From NCBI GenBank assembly GCA_951406725.2, contig OX597832.1, forward strand, positions 64,728,001-64,792,000: a stretch of DNA of 64,000 bases. The letters are read 5' to 3'. The stretch comes from Octopus vulgaris (lineage: Eukaryota). Positions 28,078 to 40,960 of this stretch are shown here, one piece after another; the first letter of the stretch is position 1, and each line of letters begins with the position of its first letter. The notes beneath the pieces were generated by a model. The model saw only the letters and a program-made list of their open reading frames with translations, had not been told where the DNA came from and did no database searches. The position numbers and the translations under genes were made by a program.

Positions 28078-28934
28078 TAGGAAGTTTGATCAGTAAGAAT
28101 CCGGACTGTTGCCATATTAACGAAGCTAAAGCACGCAGATTGAAGCTGCTCGGCAAGGATTGATATTGAACTCTGCTGTGCAAACGCACAAAGTTTTAAT
28201 GTTCAAGAGCACTTCTGCTGTTTACAGCAATGTTTGGAAGGAAGGTGTGTGGCGTGTGATCGTCGCATTGACCATGATAGAGAAAGTTGTCATGGCGATA
28301 CCTGCTCAGAGGCTTACGCAAAGTTGCAGAAATTGTATAGAGAGGAGTGTATGGAGAGGAGCCGCACATAAGTGTCCGAGTGGTTTAGACTTTTCTGAGA
28401 TGGCCGAAAAATGTCGATATTGACAACCAGCAGTACTGAGAGAAACATCGCAGATGTGCTTTGCAGCTTGTTAGGGGAAATCGTCGAATCACCATCCGTG
28501 AGTTATCGGAGGATATCTAGATTAGCTACGGTTCAGTTCAGTCCATTATCACTGAAGATTTGGGTATGAGACACGTGTCTGCCAATTTCGTGCAAAAACT
28601 GCTTTCATCTGACCAAAAGAACGGGCGGGTTTCAGTTGCACAAGATCTCTTTGATTGTGTCGAGAACGATGAAAATATTTTGAAAATGTTGCGTAGGTCT
28701 CTTAGAAGGCATGGCAAAACATTTGGCAAAGTTTGATGCAGATTCTCTGCTCAACTTTATCTGTCATTGTCAATGCGACGATCACACGCTACACACCTTC
28801 CTTTCACGCACTGCTGTAAACAGAGAAAGTAAGCTAGGACGTTAAAACTCACATCACTGTGCAAGGTTAATCGGTGCGAAGCGGCTTCACTTTGCATGCT
28901 TTAGCTTCATTACTATGGCAATAGTCCGAATACT
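28078..28934 (+). mobile_element. Fold-back mariner derivative carrying a transposase N-terminal pseudogene
   Basis: Plus strand gives 'VRGNRRITIRELSEDI*ISYGSVQSIITEDLGMRHVSANFVQKLLSSDQK' (mariner HTH plus WVPxxL-equivalent linker). The right part is the inverted 5' end and reads 'MTDKVEQRICIKLCQ' on minus. Inverted arms about 190 bp. Confidence 0.85.
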
Positions 28935-30939
28935 AAACAGTGCTTATCTATGTATGTATAGTTTTGAACCTCGAAATATTTCTGAGCAAATGCTGAATGG
29001 CGTTAAAAACTAATTGGGATCTTCATTCATGTCATGATTAAATATAACACCAAGCAATATCAATTTTCCATTTGCTTGGAACTGATGTTCATTTTATGGT
29101 ATTTGGATGTATGTCAACAAATCTGATATATTTTTCCCTATCCTTCTCCGTAATTTCTAATACATTTCATTAAGATAAGTATATTCAAAGTCATTATTGA
29201 CGTGTTGGGTGCAACAGAAATAATAATTTCATTTTATTGCCTTGTGGTCTCCTGGAGCTCTTTCACAAATTCATAATGTTTATAACTATGATTGTGGCGT
29301 TATTTAGGCAAACTTTATGTACATAAACACCAGGCCAGGAATTTCTATTGCTGTTGTCAAACACCCAGTACGAACCACCATCCGGCACTTAATTTCACAT
29401 TTTGTAAGCGACATCTATAATTTTAAACAACTGTTGTTTCGTAAGAAATTACGCCATGCGTATATGTTTGTATCTGTGTGTGTGTGGATGTAACGTCGAT
29501 ATTTTTAAATTCGTTACATGAAAGACTGATCTCATTGTAGACAGATTCAAGAAGGAATACGGGCAGTTACAATAAAATAATGAGAACTTCTGTTCGATGT
29601 GGAAAAATAAAAGTAGGAAGATAGGTGGATGCCGAAAGTATGAGTACGAAATAAACTGGGAGTATACTACTCATTAAAGAAAGGAAAATGAAATATTATA
29701 TGTTGAAGATGAGAATATGTCAGAAGTTTATTTCGAGTTTCATGTTTCCGATTTTCTGGAGTCATATACAGACTAAGATTTTCTTAAGATTTCTGGTGCG
29801 CGCCCCCGCACACAATATACATATATAACATTCAGGTAGTTAAGTTTTTACTTCACCTTTAAAAAGACAAATCAGACCATACAAGCAAAATTTTACGATA
29901 ATCATTTAAAACTTAAAAACCAACCATGCATAACTTCCTACTTACTTAGATAATGTAGTTACAAACACACATACACACATACACACACAAACGCACACGC
30001 ACGTTTACTTTTTAAAGCGCGACAACTCAGTAAAGCAGACTATATATATTTTATTCAGTATGCTATCGAAATAAACTGAAACACACACACATATATATAT
30101 ATGTATATATGTGTGTGTGTATATGTATATACATTTTGTGTGCATGTGTGTGGGTGCGTGTGTGAATCTGTGCGTGTGTGCATTTCGGTTTTAACACTGT
30201 ATGTGCCTAAGTACTTAAACACATTTGATGGTATAAAATTCTTTAAAATCACCAACAGTTATTAGCTAACACGGTAGTAAAAGCAAAGCAAAACAAAAAA
30301 CAAAGAAAAAACCCGAAATCGACTACATCGAAGCAAATAAAACTTGTGTTTTTGTAGTTTCTTTTTGTTTTTTGCTATATTCACAGCTAATCCGAGTTGC
30401 TATAATATCAACCATTGGTGTAAACCAATAGAAACGAAAAATATAAAAAAAAAGAGAGAAAGAAAAAATACGCACAAAATATCAAAAAAGAAAAAAAAGA
30501 CGCAACTATTCTGTAAAGGGCTACATAATAATGATAATAATAATAATAATAACAAAAAGTAAGCATAATGTAATTGCTATTGGTCTTTTTCATCGTTTAT
30601 TTATTAGCTGTCATCACCAGTTACTGGAAACGTTCACACGAATTTTTTCTCTCGCTTGAGGTCACGCAGACTGAAGTACATTTTTAAAGAACCGATTAGG
30701 TAATCGTTCCAACATTTCATCACATATGATGTTGTAACGAAACTAGCTAAAAAAGAATAAAGGTAATATTGAAATGGGAAAGCAAGCGTGAGTGAGTCGA
30801 TTCGGTAAAACAGGAATTTAGAAGCTTTCATACGTGAAGACTTTTCTCTATATAACCTCGTTACTAAACTGACAATCGGAGTTCAAATTCAGCAGAAATC
30901 TTGATACCAATATCGTTTTTATCTCTTCATCAGGTTCTT

Positions 30940-30979
<40 letters not shown>

Positions 30980-31000
30980 TGTGTGTATGTGTGTGTGTGT

Positions 31001-31041
<41 letters not shown>

Positions 31042-31058
31042 TGTATATGTATATTCTT

Positions 31059-31430
31059 TATTCGTTTTGTTTCAGTCATTTGACTGCGGCCATGATGACG
31101 CACCGCCTTTAGTCAAATAAATCGACCCCGCAGTACTTATTCTTTGTAAGCCTAATACTTATTCTGTTCGGTCTCTGTTGCCTAACTGCTAATTTACGAG
31201 GACGTAAACACATCAACATTGTTTATCACGATGGTGGGGGAAACAGGCACACACACTCCCACACATATTTACGACGGGCTTCTTTCAGTTTCCGTCTACC
31301 AAATCCACTCACAATGCTTTGGTCGGACCGAGACTATGGTAGAAGTCACCTGCCCAAAGTGTCATTCGGTGAGACTGAACCCGGAACCATGTGGTTGGGA
31401 AACGAGCTTCTTACCGTACACCTACGACTG
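31059..31430 (-). mobile_element. SINE family A
   Basis: Collinear with 61664-62092. Confidence 0.9.
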
Positions 31431-31449
31431 CGTCAATATATATATGTCA

Positions 31450-31657
31450 GTGTTTGTTTTCAATCACCATTTGTCAACCAGTGTTGGTGTATTTACGTCC
31501 CTACAACCTAGCCATTGGGCAAAAGAGGGTGACAGGTTAAATGCTAGCATAAGAAATTAAAAGCACTGTGTTCGATCTATACGACTAAAGATTTTCCAAG
31601 GCAGTACTCCAGGATGGCCGCAGTCTAATGAGTGAAACGAGTAAAAGATAAAAAGAT
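31450..31657 (+). mobile_element. SINE family A 3' half, inverted relative to its neighbour
   Basis: tttacgtccc...gcaaaagag...ggatggccgcagtctaatgagtgaaacgagtaaaagataaa. Confidence 0.8.
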
Positions 31658-31667
31658 GTTTACATAA

Positions 31668-31717
<50 letters not shown>

Positions 31718-31729
31718 TATATAGAAGGA

Positions 31730-31778
31730 GCTTCTACAGGACTAGTACTGTTTCATTCAAGAGAAATCTTCAGGAAGC
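31730..31778 (-). ncRNA. Type I hammerhead ribozyme, identical inverted copy
   Basis: Exact reverse complement of 31790-31838. Confidence 0.78.
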
Positions 31779-31789
31779 CTGAAGATTTT

Positions 31790-31838
31790 GCTTCCTGAAG
31801 ATTTCTCTTGAATGAAACAGTACTAGTCCTGTAGAAGC
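31790..31838 (+). ncRNA. Type I hammerhead ribozyme
   Basis: gcttc (stem I) CTGAAGA t-ttc-tctt-gaa-t (stem II) GAAA cag-tactagtc-ctg (stem III) TA gaagc (stem I'). GUA triplet, predicted cleavage after A31833. Confidence 0.8.
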
Positions 31839-31922
31839 TCCTTCTATATAATAAATTAATTTTACTCTGCTATGTATTGAGTACCTTACTTACTGTGGTT
31901 AACCCCGAATCAACCCGGGACC

Positions 31923-31970
<48 letters not shown>

Positions 31971-32455
31971 AGTGTGTGTGCACGCGCGCTAAGATGGACC
32001 TATCGCAATGTTCACAGACAAAAGGGATGTCTGTGAGGTTGTCAATTGGTATACATGAGATCAGGAAAAGCCATTCTGAAGAAAATCACGCCATGGAAAC
32101 TTACTTAAACGATAGGAGCCAAGATAGAAATGGAGGGGGCAATCAAGTAAAAAATAATTGCAACCAACGATGTGTAACCACATAGCATAATGTGGTCAAT
32201 ATAGGTGATTATACATTATGTTACAAAGTTCTACATGCACGAATGAATTCTAAACAATAGCTGAAATTTAATCAAAAGCTCTCCGTCTCAACCTATCATA
32301 CAATCTATTTATTATTCTGTAGAAGCCAGCTAACCATAGAAAATTTTAGCGGTAACTGTATGAAACCGGAATGAACTCAAATATACCACTGTCTAATCAT
32401 GGCTTTGCTGCCCGAAACTTCGAAGTCACTTTCAACGCTATACTTTTTAAAGACA

Positions 32456-32502
<47 letters not shown>

Positions 32503-32509
32503 AGACACA

Positions 32510-32567
<58 letters not shown>

Positions 32568-32569
<2 letters not shown>

Positions 32570-32640
32570 CGAGGGGAAGATGAAAAGTTATTGGCTTTAA
32601 GAGCGTCGGGAAGGGCCTGTTTGGAGGCCCAATTTTACCC
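32568..32640 (+). mobile_element. Mariner-MITE left end, same family as 13633
   Basis: tacgaggggaagatgaaaagttattggctttaag...ggcctg.ttggaggccca. Confidence 0.65.
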
Positions 32641-33099
32641 AACGTCAGGAACCCCACAATATCCGCGCGCGTGTGTATCGCAATTTTTTAAAATTAAAAA
32701 ATCTTGGTATTCCTTTTTCAAATGTAATCATCTATAGAACATTAGTGAGAAGAGATCGATATAAATATAAAACGAAGCATAGGTTTATAGTTTAATATGT
32801 GAAAAGGCAATAATTTGGATTAAGATGAATTATATTTAGATTTGTGTGTCGTCACCCGCACCGACAGGCACGTAACTGTGTATAGCTGTATAATTAAATG
32901 TACTCGAGGACAGTAGATCCTATATTCATATCTATTAGACTTAATTTGACGTCTATTAAAATCTACGAATATAAATTACATTGTTTTCTGCTTCTTTAAA
33001 TGCCTGAGTGCAAATATATTTACTTTTCTCGGGCAAAATGGCATTGCGCATTCACTGACATTAAGTTTCTAAATTTATTACACTCATCACATTACAGGA

Positions 33100-34220
33100 C
33101 ACACATTGACATCTAAGTACCCATCTCATGACGTTGGTCTCTATCGAGTCGACGGTTTAGGTATCTCCCATGGATGTGACGGCTATGGATGTGATAACCC
33201 TAATCCTCGACAGATTTAGAAAACAACTTATTTCTACCTTCAGTCAATTAGGCCTTAAAATTACAATAGCTACTAATCTGTCTACAGTTGATTTGCTTTT
33301 TATGATTCCATAGACCTGAACTCCTCCCCTTATGAAACTTTCCATAAACCTGATGAGAAACTCGCCTATATACACAAACAATGTTGTCACCCACCTGTAA
33401 TATTTAAAAATCTGATAGCTAATATTAGTAACAGTGTCTAACCTCTCTTCCTTTAAAGAAATTTTCGAGAAAGCAGCCCCCTGCTATAATAATTCCCTAG
33501 CCAATAGTCAAAGATAAATTGATATATAATCCCTCTCATATTAATCAGAATAATAATGATAGACCTAGTGGCATAAAAGATAAAGTGATAGATAACCCCT
33601 CTAATATTAATCAGAATAGTAATTGTAAACCTAAAAATAGACTGAGGAAAAATATTTGGTTCGCCCCACCCTTTGGTCTTAATGTAAAAGCTAAAATAGG
33701 TAAAATATACCTGTCCTTCCTTGGCAAACATTTTCCAGCAACTCACAGATACAGGAAAATATATAACAGGTCTTCCGTGAAATTATTATATAGCTGCTAC
33801 CGCAATATGAAGCGTGTCACTACATGCGGTCAACAGCAAGACCTAAATGTCTAGACCCAGTATCCTGTTCATTTTACCAGCAATGTATGATTAAATCTGT
33901 CGCATATGAGGAAAAAGTTACTGCAACGCTACATGAAAATACAACCGATATGAAGATCTATATTGGACTGCGTAATGAATAATTTCAAAATCGCTATGCT
34001 AATCACATAGCTTCCATCCGACATAAGGACAAAAGCAAAGCTAGCCACGTATGGAGTTTAAAATCTAACGCAACACCACTTTCAATTAAGCGGAAAATAA
34101 TCGAAAAATCCACACTATGTAAATGGATCAAATAAATGTGAATTATTCTTAGCTGAAAGAGCTCAGATCCTTTTCAGATTTAAGTTCTCTAACTCACTAC
34201 TGAGTTCTAGATTTGAAATA
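33100..34220 (+). mobile_element. Decayed Penelope-like retroelement (RT C-half, thumb, GIY-YIG), probably Naiad-type
   Basis: GLYRVDGL at 33136-59 (YRDD mutated), LGLKITIATNL, HKPDEKLAYIHKQCCHPP, RKNIWFAPPFGLNVKAKIGK...KHFP...LYSC, YIG at 33959-67, NRYANH, NKCELFLAE. Stops and frameshifts throughout. Confidence 0.9.
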
Positions 34221-35073
34221 TAATCAATCCAATCTCTGGGTTACCTGACAACAAAAGACCAGCGATAAACATGAGCCCACCGATATTCACTGCAAATTAA
34301 CAAACTTTCATGTTTGGCAAAAATATCGTCATTTTCCAGTTATTTATGTCAATGCATTTTTGCCAAAAACTATCTCTAGGAGATGGATTAGATATTGTGG
34401 ATTAAAGCAGTTGAAGATAATTGAGTTGAGTGAAGGAGTTCATTGCAGAAATGTTAATAGTTCTTGCGTAGATAAGCATAGATAGCACCACCATCACCAC
34501 CACCATCTACTCCTCCTGTATTACTACATTGACTACCATTTTGAAAGATTGCCAGAATAATTAAAGTATCGGAAGGCATTGATATCTCATTGGTTGGATT
34601 TTAATCCCGTCTAAGGTAACTTTGATTTTCTTACTTCCGGGGTCGATAATATACGGAACTAGTCATCAAGTCCTAGGCTGGAACTAATCAATAACGACAT
34701 CCGTCCCCCTCTCTCTCTCCTTCAGTACTGTCAACTTCTATTTCATCTTTCGTTGTTTCCAAACTAAAAACCCATAAAGCTGCATTGACGGAGTTGTCAG
34801 AGCTTGAGTTAGGTTTGTTTCTTCTCAGTGCCTTTTGAGTTCAAACCGGGCCATCTGTCATTGAACTAAAACACCTAACCGCTTCACACAGACTTCTGTC
34901 GGGAGATGCATGTGAGGGATAATATTTGGAACTGAATAAAAAAAAAAAGAAAAGAAAAGAATTGCGAAATCGAGCGCATTGCAACATTGTTTATGGAAGC
35001 TGAGTAATATCCGCTGTTTGTTGTGATCGGAATGTGTTTACTGTATAACTACCTTGTGTAATGTAACAAGAAT

Positions 35074-35381
35074 GGGTATGAGACGGTTTGGCACAGCTAT
35101 TTTGGCGCAGCTGATTCGACGCTGAGTCAACAGCAGATGTTTTAAGTTGTCTCTTGTCCTTTCTTCCCCCCGCATGTTTGGGAGCACATTTATCAGTATG
35201 TCCATGGGGAGATAGAAGCATTCTCTTTCACTTGCGTTCAATAAATAATTTGTAATGTTTCCCCCTCTCTCGAATATTTCGCGCGCGAATGTTTGTGTGT
35301 GTTGCCTTTACTACCTAAATGTTCCCTCGCATAAAAAGAAAGGTTCAATGCCGAGTCAGCCGTGCCAAATCGCTAGCATCC
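35074..35381. mobile_element. Putative MITE with degenerate TIRs and subterminal repeats
   Basis: cggtttggcacagct at left vs agccgtgccaaatcg at right; repeated ttggc(a/g)cagct. No clear TSD. Confidence 0.4.
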
Positions 35382-36182
35382 AAAATATAGCGCTCAATTG
35401 TCTCAATCCAAACAAGAATGTAGTTGATAATATTAGGAAGGATATGACTGAATCAAGTTTAGGTTTTCATAAGTTTGTCTCGCATTCATCGTACACAGCT
35501 AATTAAACTCAATCCTTATTCTTTAAATGACTGCAACGGTTCCTATCTACAGTGGTGGTGGCATGTTTAGTGATTGTGATGATAGTGGGGATATTGACAT
35601 TGATATTTTTTATGCTGTAGTTGTTATAATTACAACTAATCTAGTCCCAAGTCCATCAATTTTAAGAGGAACATCGAGGTCAATACTTGACTCATGTTCC
35701 ATTTGATCGGCTCCGGAAAGATGAAAGGCAAAGGTGACACTGGTACTATTCAAACTCAGTATTTATATAGTTATATACCCCAAGGCATCTGCTAGATGCT
35801 CTAATGATTCTGCTAATCCAACAATTAATAGACTTAACCAATGTAGGAACACGGCGTAAAATTTGGGAGAAAAAGTTAATCGAGTAATTTGAACCCAATA
35901 TGTGACGGATCTTTTTATCGATCCCTCGGTAAATTATGAGGCTTTACTGATCCTGCCAATGTACCTCCAACATGAAATAATTTCTGGGAACTCGGATAGC
36001 AATTTGCAAAAGGGAGCGCAACATCGTATTTTGATCGACTTTACCAAAATAACAGCGTCAAAGACTAGTAACTGTAAACTATGAACAATGAACTTGGAAG
36101 TTGAGTCACAACAAATACTGTCAAGCAATATCAGACACTGCAACAACCCTGCTAAGTTGCTCCCTTCTCTCTCTCTCCCTCA

Positions 36183-36243
<61 letters not shown>

Positions 36244-36639
36244 TATATTCACTCGCTTAAAGATGTCTTCCTGAAGAAATATTCCTAAAAATAGAGATTA
36301 AAAATATTTATATTCGATTCAGATTTTGTAACTCTGAAATTATGTCAGGTGGCCACAGTCGAAGCCTTACTTAGAAAATTCAATATCCAGAATTTATAAA
36401 ATTGATTTTGCTTGCTTCGAATGAAACATGTGTTGAAAGTAATTTAATTATGATACATCTGGGTTTTATTTTGTATTTTATTCTATATACGCCTTCCTCT
36501 CAAGGATTGACTTAGGCGATTGTGTTTTGACGTCCGAACTTCCATTGGATTTACTGATGTGTTACAACGTGTTGGCATTCAATGACATATTATTAATTGA
36601 CGTCCTAACTACGTAGATATATATATTTTGACGGCTTTA

Positions 36640-36995
36640 TGAACCATCGCAATAGTATCTTCCTACCTACAGTCTTATACACAAGTGGGATATGGGCTAT
36701 TAGGAAAAGCAGAGAGCATATGACTGTCTACACAGCAACAGGTCAAAAGAATATCCATGCGTGGAAGAGTATTACGAGAGCATATTCGAAATGAAAATAA
36801 TCGAGAGCGGAGTGAGCCATGGGTAGTGTAAGCACACTTTTCTTTTTGGACTGGACATGTTGTAAGGTTCACAGACAATAGGTGAACCTGTGCACTCACC
36901 GAATGGGACCCAAGAGATCGGAAAAGGAAAATTAGTGGGCCTCCACGATGGAAACGATTGGCTCAATAAAAACAGAATTTGAAACGCATTGTGAC
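36640..36995 (+). mobile_element. RTE-clade LINE 3' fragment
   Basis: 'LREHIRNENNRERS...FWTGHVVRFTDNR*TCALTEWDPRDRKRKISGPPRW' matches the RTE C-terminal W.GHV.R..DNRW....EW.PR..KR..GRP..RW. Confidence 0.85.
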
Positions 36996-37585
36996 AAGCG
37001 GTATATATATATATTCTTGTGTTGCATTAGTTATATATTTGTGAAATAAAATCAGTGTGTATATTAATTTATATCCTGATATTACTGATACAAAGTTTCA
37101 TCCTAAAACCCAGTATATGGAGCTAAGAATTATACATGCAAACAAATACGGGCATAGACAATTACACACAGTTGCACTTTGTGCTTCGTTAAAACTGAAA
37201 AAGGCATGTTCCTACACATGAATATAGATACATGCATTTTACCCACATGAACATCTAGACATGCGCAATTGCATGTTTACGTAGATATACATATCTGCAA
37301 TAGTCAATGAACAAATGAGAATTATTTCAATTATACTTGAATCACGAAAAATTGAGAAAAGATTTATTCTGTCGGGTTTCTAATGTATCCTATAGAACAT
37401 ATTATTTTCACGTTTGTGTTCGCTTAGTTCTGATATAAAAATCTATATTAATATAAAATTGTTTGAGTATATATATAAGAATAAGTGCATATATACACAT
37501 GCACACATACCTGTAAATACATATGCATTCGCGTATGTATAAGAATACACATACTTAAAAACGTAATATTTGTATATATGTATAC

Positions 37586-37640
<55 letters not shown>

Positions 37641-37884
37641 GGCTGTGTATGTGTGTATATAGAAGATGGATGTGTATGTGTGTATTTTATGTTTTCTTTG
37701 ATATCAAAAAGCGGATATATTGTTCCCATCCAACTACGGATCCTGGCAAATTACGTATTCCCTCCAACTCCAACCTTCACTCACAACTACCGAATCAAAG
37801 ACAGATAAAAAAGGAAAGACCAATAAACAATAAATCACCCTCAACGAACAACAATCGTTAAATACACACACACGTACATATATA

Positions 37885-37966
<82 letters not shown>

Positions 37967-38074
37967 ACTTGTTTTTGAACATTATTTCTATTATGTTAAA
38001 TGAAAGATTTTGTAAATATCAAATAAATATTTTAAGCCGGGAGAGAGAAAAATTTTGCTTTTAAAAGTATAAAT

Positions 38075-38110
<36 letters not shown>

Positions 38111-38760
38111 CGAGCGCGCACACTCACTAGCACACACACACGGATAGATGCATAGTATGTGCGTGTGTGTGCGTGTGTGTGTGTGTTAGTGTGTTCCATC
38201 AAGGCGTTTCTATTTTTGTAGTATATGCGATAATGGTCGATTTCTTATTTTAATTTTATATTTTTCCTACTTTATTATTTATTTATTGTATTAAAATTTT
38301 CAGTTCTTTGTATTATATTTTAAACCTTATTTACTTATGTTTAAATGTATTTTGTAAAAAAAAAAACCCAACAAAATTGTATTTCGAGCTTGTTGTTGTT
38401 GTTGTGTGCGTTTTTTGAAAATCCTTTCTCAAAATAAAATAAAGTTATGTTTTGTTATTGTTATTCTTTCAACTTGACATCTTTCATCCTTTTGTAGTGC
38501 ACCATCAAATTAATTCCTCAGTCATCATCATCATCATCATCATCATAACGTGTTTATCTTCATAATGATGATTGTAATTATAACCGTGAAACCATCGCCA
38601 TCATCATTTTACTCATCATCGTTGTCATCGCCATTATCCTCGTCTGTGTTGTATTCGATATGTTTTCTTTTCATCGTTTCTATCTTCTTTCAGTATCGTC
38701 GTCTTTACCATGTTCACTTTCATCTTCAACGTTCATCATCATTACCACCATAACGTATTG

Positions 38761-38803
<43 letters not shown>

Positions 38804-39660
38804 TATAAGGAGAGAGAGAGAGAGAAATAGAAAGTGAGGGGAACAGTGAATTTGGGTAAAAGCAAAAGTTTCGGTGCAAGAAGAATGCAGTAATTTTGGG
38901 GAAATATAGAAAGCGGGAGAGAAGAAATTCAAGGGACACGGTTCCAAAGCGAGTTTCCTAACCAAATAGTCAATATCTGTTAATAATACGAGACAAATTC
39001 CGTGAGAAAATAATGAACAATATAAATGTTCATGTACAAAGCGAAAGAATGGACATAGTAAGGAAAACAGGGTTCATAGCTTTGTTCAATCAGCCATGGC
39101 GCAGAATCACAGATAGAAATAAATTTCCATTTGTTTTCATTCGTTGAATTATTAGTAAATGTTGGGTGAAACATGTCTTCAAGAACATAAATAAATGAGA
39201 GGTGGATGAAAATTGAACCTACTTTTCTTGGTTTGAAAAACAAAGGGGGTAATTCATAATAGCACATTTTTTGCGAAGTGTCTTTGAGTGTTACGCCGAG
39301 AACGATCTTAAATAGGGAACACAATCGAAGACCAAACCTGAGATATAATTAAAGCCTGTTAGTTTAACGCTAAGTGAGAAAGAAAGGAACACGGAAATAA
39401 ACAGGGAGAGAAAGTAAAAAAGGTTTAGTGGACTTGCTGAAGAACACAGAACAGTGCCTGTACTTGTAAGCAAACTCACGACTTCAGGATTCTGAAATTA
39501 ACATCCTAACCACTAAGCCTTGAAAACGAACATTCGACAAATTTATAGTCGTAAAGTATGTATTATTTAAACGTACTCAATAAATAGGAGAAACATTTTA
39601 ATATTACCCTGAAGTTTAAATAACGATATGCTTAGAGGAGATACACATATAATTAATAGA

Positions 39661-39698
<38 letters not shown>

Positions 39699-40642
39699 AT
39701 TTCTAATATTGACAGAAGGCGATATATAGATTTGGTAAGTGTGAGAAAAAATATTCGAATTAATCGATCACAATATCTATCTACTTGCTTACTTTATCGA
39801 TTGCTGAAAGATGAAAAAGAGAAATCACCAACAGCAAATACATAGATATTTATAATAAGATACGGTTTATCGGGATACAAGGTAAAATATTGATTTATTT
39901 TGTGTGTGTGTGTGTGTGTGCGTGAGAACAAAGCCTTAAAAGTTGCTCATGTTGCTGGTTAGCTCAATGTTCCACTCGTGACCATTCGGCCTTAATTTTT
40001 ACTCGTCTCGACTAATTTTGATCGAAGTAAAGATGTGAGTGGAGGGACATTTATTTGCTATTTCCATCTGATCGAATGACATCGCTGTAATAGTTGTTGT
40101 TTGGTACCAGATCGGTCCTGATCGAACAAATTCAAAATCAAAGGCCTTCCAGTCGTGACAAACCCGTGTTTGACGCAGTGAATAAATAGCCAGACACAGG
40201 ACCACGTTACATAATGTGCCCATTTCTAAGAACGAATGTGATTGAAAGGGTTTTCAAAGATGGGTCATCAAGGACTACATTACTTCCTGTGTCATACCTG
40301 TTTGAAACAAGATTTGACTCCTATTTCTCTTGGATCGATTACCATCGCAGACCCTATCATGGAGTTATCAAACATGCTGTAACCATTGATTGCTTAGTCC
40401 AATGTGTTTGATCTCCCACTAATTACAGTTTGTCATCTTCAAATAAGATTTGATTCCTATTTCTAACAGTTTGGCCAACATACAGGTGTTTTCTATCTCT
40501 CCCTCACCAATCCCTCTCTCGTTGGCTCAGGTCATAATCCTTAATTGCAAACAGTATAATTCAATCGACGTCTCTATATTACTGGTATTGATATATTAAT
40601 TATTATTTGTACCGCTATGCCTAATCGAAACCTGATACGTAC

Positions 40643-40744
<102 letters not shown>

Positions 40745-40885
40745 TATTAATGACGTGGAATATAAGAATACTAGTAATATACAGGTGTTGATTGTATTAT
40801 TTTTTTACCTGTTAATAATTATATATATATATATACATTTGTGTGCATGTGTGTGTGCATGTTATGCTAAATGTATACTTAATAT

Positions 40886-40920
<35 letters not shown>

Positions 40921-40921
40921 A

Positions 40922-40960
<39 letters not shown>

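Larger units (their letters stand above)
31712..31925 (+). mobile_element. Penelope-like pLTR-type mini-element in (TA)n with a perfect 67-bp inverted repeat
   Basis: Arms 31712-31778 and 31790-31856 are exact reverse complements; 11-nt spacer ctgaagatttt; AATAAA 31850-55; 69-nt unique tail; (TA)n on both sides. Confidence 0.75.
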
